A stretch of 64,000 nucleotides of DNA from the human T2T-CHM13v2.0 reference genome, Homo sapiens. The notes beneath the pieces were generated by a model. That model made no database searches. It was not told the origin of the DNA and saw only the letters and a list, made by a program, of their open reading frames with translations. The stretch lies in the NCBI RefSeq assembly GCF_009914755.1, contig NC_060926.1, one strand, 5' to 3'. Of this stretch, positions 51,970 through 64,000 are shown one piece after another. A program made the position numbers and the translations under genes. Position 1 is the stretch's first letter; the number at the start of each line of letters is the position of its first letter.

Positions 51970-52745
51970 AAAAAAATTATTTTGAAATTATTTTAGAGTT
52001 CAGGAAGAGTTGCAAAATTGTGCAGAACATTCCTATATACCCTTTAAACCCTCTAATGTTAACATCCTGCCTAACCATAATCTAATTATCAAAACTAAGA
52101 CATTAACATTGGTACAGTATTGTTAGCTAAAGGCTTTCTTTTCATTTCACCAGTTACTCCATTAATGCACTTTATCTTTTTCAGGATCCAATCCAGGATC
52201 CCACGTTACATTTAGTTTTCATGTCTCCATCATCTCCTCCAATCTGGTAGAATTCTTCAGTCTCTCCTTACTTTCATGACCTTGACACTTTCAGTACTAT
52301 TCAGGCATTTTGTAGATTGCCCCTCAATTTGGGTTCTTCTAATATTTTCTCCTTAGTAGATTAAGATTATGCATTTTGAAGACAAATACTTGGAAGTGAT
52401 ATCCCGTTCTCGGTGCTTTATAGTAGGGTCACATGATGTTGATTACATCTTATTATTGATGAGACTAACCTTATTGCTTGGTTTAGAGGTTTACATCAGG
52501 CTTCTGCACTGTAAAGTTGCTATTTTCCCCCTTTGTCATTAATAACTATGTGGAAAGAGATACTTTGAGACTATACAGATATCCTCTTTCTTCCTAAACT
52601 TTCACTTACTATTTTTTAGCATTCATTAATGGATCATGCCTGCTATAATTATTACTAGAGTGGTCATTATAACAGAGTTTTTTTATTTCCTTCATTCCTC
52701 CTACTTTTATTACGTGAAATTCTTCAATAAAGAAGAGCTGTTTCT
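51970..52745 (-). mobile_element. L1MC4-like 3' fragment
   Basis: ttattttgaaattatttt...caggatccaatccaggatcccacgttacatttagt...actgtaaagttgctattttcccc. Confidence 0.75.
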
Positions 52746-52749
52746 TCTT

Positions 52750-53200
52750 TTATTTTTAACAGCCTCTTGAGATATAATTGACAATAAAACAGCACATATT
52801 TAAAGAGTGCATTTTTATGTTTTCACACACGTAAAACACTGCAATCAAGATAATGAAAATACAACCACCAAAAGTTTTCTTGTATTTCCTTCTAATTCCT
52901 CCCTCCTACTTCTCCCCATCTTCCATGCTGTTCCCAAAGACTGTACTGCTTTCTGTCACTATAGATTAGTTTACATTTTCTGGAATTGTATATAAATGAA
53001 ATAATGCAGTATATACTCTTTTGTCAATTGGCATCTTTCACTCAGGATAATTATTTTGAGATTTATTCTTGCCGTTACATAAATAAATAGTTCTTTTTTT
53101 CTGAGTTATGTTCCACTATATGGATATACTACAACTAGTTTATCTATTGACTTGTTGATGGATATTTGGGTGTTTTTTGTTTTGATTATCACAAATGGCT
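52750..53200 (-). mobile_element. L1MD/MB-like 3' fragment
   Basis: ttgagatataattgac...ctgctttctgtcactatagattagtttacattttctggaatt. Confidence 0.7.
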
Positions 53201-53442
53201 ATTCTGGCTTTCTTTTGATTAGTGTTAACAGAAGTTATCAGATAGTTGTTTTTTTTTTCTCTTAAGTCTGGGTGCTGGAATAGAATCAGGTAGTAGAGTT
53301 ATCAGGCCACTGATAATTCTATTCATTTTATTTTCAGTTTCATTTCTCGCTCTGTTTCATTTTGGATAGTTTCTATTGTTATATCTTCAAGTTCACTAAT
53401 CTTTTCTTCTGCAATGTCTAATCTGCTATTAATCTCATCTAG

Positions 53443-53866
<424 letters not shown>

Positions 53867-53944
53867 TAATAGCTGTATTAATGTTCTTGTTGCTAATTCT
53901 AAAAATCTGTGTCAGTTCTGATGTTTCCATTGATTTCTAACTAA

Positions 53945-54427
53945 AAATTTAATTGATTTAATTGTAGATTTGCTTGCAATTTTAAGAAATAATATAGAGA
54001 AATCCTATGTGCCTTCTGTCAAATTTCCTTCAATGGCAACATCTGGTAAAATTGTAGTAAAAAATCACAACCAGAATATATCGATACAATGCACCAATCT
54101 TGTTCAGATTTTCCCAAATCTACCTGCACTCATATCTGTATGTGTGTGTATTTCGTTCAATACAATTCTGTCCCATGTGCAGATTCATGTGTCTACCTTC
54201 ACAGGCAAGGTACAGATTTGTGCCATGGCCAAAAGGATCACTTATGTTACCCACCTCTTTCTTGTCCCCACCCTCACCCCCATTCCTAACCCCTGCAACA
54301 ACTAATTTGTTCCCCATTTCTAAAAGTTTGTCATTTCAAAAATGTTATATAAATGAAATTATAGAGTATATAAACTTTGGGTATTGGCTTTTTCATTCAA
54401 CATAATTGCCTGGAGGTTCATCCAAGA
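53945..54427 (-). mobile_element. L1MC1-like 3' fragment
   Basis: taagaaataatatagagaaatcc...ctaacccctgcaacaactaatttgttc...ttcaaaaatgttatataaatg. Confidence 0.7.
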
Positions 54428-55479
54428 TTGATTAATTTTTCTCTTCATTATGTGTTATATTTTCCTGCTTCTGTGCATGCCTGATCATTTTTATTGGCTG
54501 CTAGCATTATGGGTTTTTTTTTTTTCTTGTTGCATCCTGGGTATTTGTTTATGCCTTTAAATATTCTTCAGCTATGTTCTGGGATGCAGTTAAATTACTT
54601 AGAAAAAAACATTTGATCTTTTTAGGTTTTGCCTTTAAGACTCATTAAGTGTTACTAGAACAGTATCAGTCTAAGTCCTCTTATTCTCCACTGCTGAGCA
54701 GAACACTTCTGAATATTCTACCCTATACCTACGAGTTTGAATTATTTTAGTTCTGAGCTCTGTGTGACTTTCTTTCAAGCAATTATTTTCTCAGCCTCAG
54801 TTATCCCCTCACATGCTGAATACTCAAAAGGAAACTTCTATAGATCCCTGCATTTCTCTCCCAGTGTGTTTCTCTCTTCTCTAGCATTCTATTCTGTAAA
54901 CTCACACTGCATTGGTCTCCCTTGACTCTTCAGATACGTTTCCTCTACTTAGGATTTCTGCTGAGCTCCAGCTAGGTTTAAGCTCTTTGCGTGCAGCCTG
55001 GAAACTCTCTCAAGACAATAAGCTAGGGACGTTCTAGGGATCACTTCATTTGTTTACTATTTCTGAGGGACTGCGCCTTCATTGCCTGCTGTCCATTGTC
55101 TTAAAAACCATTGTTTCATATATTTTCCCTGTTTTATTTTTGGTTGTTTCAGGCAGGAGGGCAAATCTGACCCTTATTTTTCCAGGTTGACTTGAAGCCA
55201 GAGTCATTACTTATTATTTTACAGTCTATTACTTATTTTTTATCTAATTTATTTTATCACTTTGATATAAGTTTGAAATTTGAAATATAATTTTATTTTT
55301 ATTTTATTATTGCATTGTTCATCCAAGTAAAAGTCTTTTCCATACTATTCTTGTTGTTCTGAACATAACTTTAAAGATTTCTATTTATATCTTTAGGCTT
55401 TTAATTTGTTCTGGACTTGATAAACATTTTGACATTTTTGTCACATAGCTTTTCATTTCCTCTCCCTTTTCTTTCTACC

Positions 55480-56030
55480 TTTATTCCTTCTTTCTATTCA
55501 ATAAATATGTTTTTGAGTGTGTATAATATTCTAGATGCTGTGCTAAGCACTGGAAATAATTTCATGAAAAGGATAGAAAAAATATTTGATCTCTTGCTTA
55601 AATTCTAGTGATGGGAGAAAGGAAATAAACACATAAATAAAATTATTTTAGTACAGAATATGTGCTATGTAGAAAATAACATGCTTTTCAAGGTGATATT
55701 TGAGCTAAAACAGTAACGAGTACTACACGAGTGCTGAGAATAAGTCTGCTTACTTCCCACAACTAAGTAAGATACTTCTGAGTATTCCACCCTATGCCCC
55801 ATGAATTATGAAGTGATGAGCAACAGCAGTTATCGGAAGAGCTGGAAGAGCATGCCAGGAAAACGGAACAGCAACTGCAGAAGCCAAAAGTCAAGAATAA
55901 GTTCGACATGTTCAAGGAACAGAAAGAACAGGATGACTGGAGGGTCATCCAGGAAGAAAGGAGTGCTGCAAAGTTAGGTCAGGAAAGTATTCAGAAGTCA
56001 AAGCACATAAGCGCTAAAGGACTGAATCTT
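55480..56030 (-). mobile_element. L2 LINE fragment
   Basis: ttcaataaatatgtttttgagtg...gtgctaagcactgg...aggtgatatttgagct...atgttcaaggaacagaaag. Confidence 0.65.
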
Positions 56031-56222
56031 AGATTATGTACCTTGCCTTTTACTCTTGAAATATGGCTTCATTATACCTGAGGCACTTAGAAAATTCCTT
56101 GTACAACCATTTGAGCCTGTACAGCTATCTCTTTAGGCTTGTATGTTCAGAGAGTCCTTTTTAAAAAAAAGTAAATTAATAACTTCAAGACCTTCTTTGT
56201 CTTCCACATAACAGTTGCTGGT

Positions 56223-56595
56223 AGCTGGGCATAGTGGCTCCTGCCTGTAGTCTCAGCACTTTGGGGCACTGAGGGAGGTGGATTGCTTGAGCCCAGGAGT
56301 TCGAGACCAGCCTGGGCAGCATGGTGAAACCAAATCTCTATAGAAAATATAGCCAGGGGTAGTTTTGTTTAGTGTGCTGGTTATATACTAAGTTGATTTA
56401 AATAAATAAATAATTAATTAATTAATAAAAATTAGCCAGGAGTGGTGGTACATTCCTGTAATCCCAGCTACTCCAGAGGCTGAGGTGGGACAATCACTTG
56501 AGCCATGAGGCAGAGGTTGCAGTAAACCAAGATTGTGCCACTGCACTCCAGCCTGGGCAACAGAGTGAAACCCTGTCTCAGTAAGAACAACAATG
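56223..56595 (+). mobile_element. AluJ with a ~64-bp insertion at the start of the right monomer
   Basis: Left monomer 56223-56350; foreign sequence 56364-56427; right monomer from 56428. Confidence 0.85.
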
Positions 56596-56859
56596 AACAT
56601 AATTTCTGGCCATGTACTTTTTTCTGGCTTTGAATACTTTGAAATATAGTTTTCCAATGTCTAAAATAACTGTAACACTCCCATTGTACATTTCTTAGGC
56701 TGTTATAATCTCCAAGAAAACATGACCCATTATTCCAATTATTCCTGTTATTATTGGTCAGAGTTAACTACAGAGAAGCAGCTTGAAGGGACAGCTATGA
56801 AGAAGGCATCCAAAATTTCATCAGATTGTCAGCTTTTATCACAAAGACTTCCAGCAGAT

Positions 56860-57480
56860 TGCTTCTTCCAGTCAATTCTCAACACAGCAATAAGAGATAC
56901 CTTCCTAAAGTGCAAATAAGGTTTTGTCACTCCTCTTGCTTATACTCTTACAATGGCATCTCATTGCAATTAAAATAAAAAGCAAAACATTATGATGTCT
57001 AATAAATCCATACATGATTCCCTCCTCACCTATTTTTCCAACCCCATCTCATGCCAGTCCCACTTTCCTCATTACACTCAAGTTACACTTCATTACAGTG
57101 AATTCTTCCTTCAGCTTCTAAAACATACCTACCCAGCTTTTGTCCAGCTCCGTAGTTTTTCGCATCCTGTTTCTGTTGCCTGGAATACTCTTCCCCTGAT
57201 TCTCTTCCTACGGTCAGCTTCTTTCTCATCCTTTAGGTCTTGTTGAAATGCCACCCTCTCAGAAGAGACTTCCCATTTATCTAAAGGTGGTCTTTCCTGC
57301 CCATATGCTCTCTTGAACCCTTATTTCTTTCATAACATGACCTGCAATTATTTTACATATGAAGTTGGTTATTGGTTTTTGATCTGTATGCACCATTACA
57401 ATGTAAACTCCAGGAGAGCAGGGTCCAGATACAGAATCCCCAGTGCCTAGCATTATGTCTGATACATAAAGTCCAGTAAG
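56860..57480 (+). mobile_element. L2a LINE 3' region
   Basis: caatggcatctcattgc...ctgttgcctggaatactcttccc...aatgtaaactccaggagagcaggg...ccccagtgcctagca. Confidence 0.75.
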
Positions 57481-57725
57481 GGAAAAAGGACATTTAGGTG
57501 TTGAAAATCCTCATCATCCAAATACTACTGATTCAGTATGAACCAATAACTCTTATGAATCTATTTTCGAATAAGATGAAAAAGATGAACATAAATGTTA
57601 TTGTCTCATAACATGCATTTTTACTAAACATAATTTTATTTTTAGTTGTTTATGACAAATTTCCACTTGTATTTTGTAAGACTAATGAAGACTTGATAAT
57701 GTGGAATTTCCCAGTGGCTTTCTGA

Positions 57726-57726
<1 letters not shown>

Positions 57727-57769
<43 letters not shown>

Positions 57770-57790
57770 CTGTGTGTCTGTATGTATTTA
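57727..57790. repeat. (TG)n microsatellite, interrupted
   Basis: Direct observation. Confidence 0.95.
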
Positions 57791-59103
57791 TGTATCCTTG
57801 AAGTAGATTGATGCTGCCAGAAATTTATTCAAAAAACATAATTTATATAGTAGTAAGATGTTTGGCAATGCCTGATGTAAAACCGTGATTGAAAATATGA
57901 ATTAGCATGGGATTTTATCACTTTGTCATTCAGCATCAGTCACTTAGTACTCTTAAATTATAGCACTCATATTATAATATCCTGGATTTCTTTTTCAAAA
58001 ATAATATTATGTTGTTGAGGTGTTCATACCTGAAACACTAGAGTTATCATTGCAAACACATCTATAGATTTAATTGTTCATTATGAGTGAGAAATGAACG
58101 GACGATCTAAATTTAAAGTTTATTTGAGGGTTTCAGGGCTATTTTCTTATACATTTGTTAAATTCCTTTCATTTGTCCCTCTTGTTTTTAGTGTAAAAAT
58201 TCATAGTTACTTTTCAAGGTTGCCCACTGTGTTTAATAGATGCCTTATATGTCAACATCCGTTTTCTGATTCCATTTTGTATATTTTTCTGACAAAAACA
58301 ACCAATCAATAGCTGGTAATACTGCTTAGCCATGAGCTAGAATTAATATATGCTCCCACACATTACATAACCTATTTCAGAGACTGACTGTGTAGATCAT
58401 TAGAGGCTAGTTTATTAGCTGATTGGTTAGTCAGACTCATCAGTATTCATCTTGAGAATTATAAAAATAAAAATTTTAAAACATCCCAATTGATGTTAAA
58501 AAAGAAAAAGCTGCAATAAAGAAGAAAATCTTCAAATGGTACCTTCAATTCGAAATAAAGAAATCTTTATATTTTACTCTGCACCTTTGCTTCTGTATCA
58601 GGTTGCCATGGAAATTTTTTCATTAACATTAGATTGATTTGCCCAGAGATAAAATTGCTTGCATCATTTCATCTTTTAACGTTCCTGAAGCCTCCTAAGC
58701 CAACTTCAGTGTTTTAACCTCCAAGTCGTTCCAGATTCCCAAGAGTTTCTGCCTTGCTGAGTATTTTTGAAACTCAAACACAGCACATTGATTTCTTCAA
58801 TGTTAGCATCAAGGTTGCTGTCATGTTTTCATTCTGTATGGGTGCAAAAATAATTTTAAGCATTTTGTGTCATCAAATAAAAATCTTGGATTATAATCTA
58901 TAGAATTCCAAGGACATTTACATAATAAATATAAAGAAACAAAGACAAATGCTTGTATAAAGGCTTCTATTTAATGTTCTAGTCTTTTTTGCTGTAAAAC
59001 ATTAACATCCATGTTAATGAAAATAAAAAATAGTATGTAATTTGGGTAATTGGGCTTCATACACCCCTATTTATGTATTAAAATTTGTGATTGAAAGGAA
59101 ATC

Positions 59104-59448
59104 TAATTGGCTCTCTGTATCTGAGGATTCTACATCCGTGGATTTAACTAACCATGGATCAAAAATATTTGGAAAAGAAAATTACATATGTACTGAACAT
59201 GTATGTACAGGCTTTTTTTTTCTTGTCCTTATTCTGTAAACAATGCAGTATAGCAACCAGTCACATAGCATTTACATCGTATTAGATATTATAAATAATC
59301 TAGAGATGATTTAAAGGATATGGGAGCATGGACATAGGTTATAGGCAAATACTATGTAATTTTATGTCAGGGACTTGAGCAGCCATGGATTTTGTTATTC
59401 ATGGGAGGTTCTGAAACCAGTCCCCTATAGATACTAAGGGATGATTGT
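59104..59448 (-). mobile_element. MER2 (TcMar-Tigger) DNA transposon
   Basis: catagcatttacatcgtattag..attata.ataatctagagatgatttaaag...agggacttgagca...gatactaagggatgattg-TA. Confidence 0.85.
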
Positions 59449-59487
59449 ATTCAACTTGTGTATATTGTCTAAAATAAACATAATTTT

Positions 59488-59858
59488 GACTGGGTGTGGT
59501 GACTCATGGCTATAATCCTAGCACTTTGGGAGGTTGAGTGAGTGGATCACTTGAGCCCAGATATTTGACACCAATCTGGACAACATAGTGAGACCCTGTC
59601 TCTACAAAAAAATAAACAAAAATTAGCCAGACGTTATGGCACGTGCCTGTAGCCCTAGCTACTCGGGAGGCTGAGGTGGGAGGATCACTTGAGCCCAGGA
59701 GGTAGAGGATGTGGTAAGACATGATCATGCCACTGCACTCTAGCCTGATGACAGAGCAAGGCCCTGTCTCAAAAAAAAAAGAAAGAAAGAAAGAAAGGGA
59801 GAGAGAGAGAGAAAGGAAAAGGGAAGGAGGGAGGGAAGAAGGGAGGGAGGGAGGAAGG
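59488..59858 (+). mobile_element. AluJ with (GA)/(GGAA/GGAG) purine tail
   Basis: ggatcacttgagcccag in both arms; purine-rich simple repeat at 59781-59858. Confidence 0.9.
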
Positions 59859-60149
59859 ATTGATTTTTTTCTAAGTACTGTGATTGCTTCATGCTACTTA
59901 AGTGTAGCTCTGAAGTGTTTTCTAAAAGTTATTCCACAGTTTTTAAGGGAACATACCATGTATTATTTCTTTTGAACACCTAGACATATATATAAGTAGA
60001 CGCTCACTACATGTTTTATGCACTAACATTTAATTTTAGTGTCTAAAAATGAAGATACAAAGAATAGTTTTACTAAGGCCAACCAGGGAAGAAAATCTCA
60101 AGGTATTTTGTGTTAAAGGAACCCAATTTCACCATCTATAGATACTCAA

Positions 60150-61230
60150 ATACTATATGTGTGATATTTAAATGTCAATAGTTTTACACTCAACATGTTC
60201 TTTGACTCACTTTTCTTCACTTGACAGTATGTATGGGGAGTCTTTCCATATCACTATAGAACTAGCTTTTTTAAGTGTTGTATTCTCTCTGTAGTATGAA
60301 TGTTTTATAGATTATTCATTCCCCAACTAATAGGAATTTAGAGTTTTTTGTATTTTTTACTCTAATGTTCAATGCTACCAAGAATATCATTTTATGTAAC
60401 TTGTGCACATGTTTGATTATTTCTTCAGACCTGGTGAAGAAGAACAATTGTTCTTCCAAAGGATATGCACACTTAAAATTCTTGTAGATAATGATACATT
60501 ACCTTCCCAGAAGAATATAACAGTTTGTCCTTTTACCAGTGGTTTATAACACTACTTTTCCATGTCTTTGATAAAACTTGATATTAGCAATCACTTTTAA
60601 ATGTTTACAAATTTTATGAGTAAAAAGCAATACTTCTTTATTAGTGTATTTTGCATTTTATGATTACTTCTAAGATTAAGCATCATTTATTATGCTTACT
60701 GGTCTTTTGCATTTTCTCTTCTCAGTCTGTCCATATGTACTGTCCGTTTTACTTTGGGGCTCTCTATCTTTTTCTTATTGGTTTGTAGGTGTTCTTTATA
60801 CATTCTGGATATTATTTTTTTGAGAGAAATAGAGGGTCTCACTCTTTCACCCAGGCTGGAGTGCAGTGGCGTGATGTCAGCTCGCCACAGCCTTGACCAC
60901 TCTGGCTCAAGCAATCCTCCTGCCTCAGTCCCACTGAGTGGCTAGGACTACAGGCGTGCACCACCACACCTAGCTAACTTTGGTATTTTTTGTAGTGACA
61001 GACTTTTTCCACTTTGCCCAGGCTGGTCTTGAACTCCTGAACTCCAAGTGATTCACCTGCCTCGTCCTCCGACAGTGCTGGTATTACAGGCAGTGCTGGG
61101 GTTACAGGCATGAGCCACTGCACCTGGCCAGGATATTAATATTTTGACTCTTGAATATGTTGCAAATATTTTCCCCAGGCTATCAGTCGAATTTTAAGGT
61201 TTTTTTATGATTCTTTTGCAGAAGAGAAGT
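60150..61230 (-). mobile_element. Old L1ME-like fragment interrupted by Alu
   Basis: tttttcttattggtttgtaggtgttctttatacattctggatatt|Alu|aat...atgttgcaaatattttcccc. Confidence 0.6.
60815..61129 (-). mobile_element. AluJ SINE
   Basis: ggctcaagcaatcctcctgcctcag; TSD ggatatta; small internal duplication cagtgctgg..ttacagg. Confidence 0.9.
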
Positions 61231-61234
61231 TTTA

Positions 61235-64000
<2,766 letters not shown>

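Noticed and set aside
55711-55808. ~100-bp unexplained stretch within the L2 fragment
   Set aside because: No TSD, tail, terminal repeats or recognisable source; cannot be distinguished from diverged sequence by eye.

Overview
Human genomic DNA: a near-consensus AluYa5 at 36864-37158 is diagnostic of human sequence. The window is AT-rich, very repeat-dense and intronic or intergenic. I recognise no host protein-coding exon, RNA gene or CRISPR/prokaryotic system, and essentially all long ORFs derive from LINE-1, Alu or microsatellites. Main elements: a full-length L1PA7-like element (12110-18936), a near-full-length L1PA4-like element (31027-36551) nested in an old L1M, 5'-truncated L1s (PA8, PA4-like, PB4, PA16), 14 Alus, MLT2A1, MLT1A, MER20, MER2, Tigger4a, MER5, L2 and L3/CR1 relics. 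The most striking observation is that the two inverted L1PA4-like copies 11.5 kb apart share over a dozen non-consensus substitutions, including the same ORF2 nonsense codon, within a ~1.1 kb tract. This points to ectopic gene conversion or recombination between inverted repeats, making the segment between them a candidate inversion substrate. Also seen: an AluY and an L1 inserted at the same target nucleotide, and several templated-insertion or fold-back scars. Subfamily calls were made by eye against remembered consensus sequences, and boundaries of old elements are approximate.
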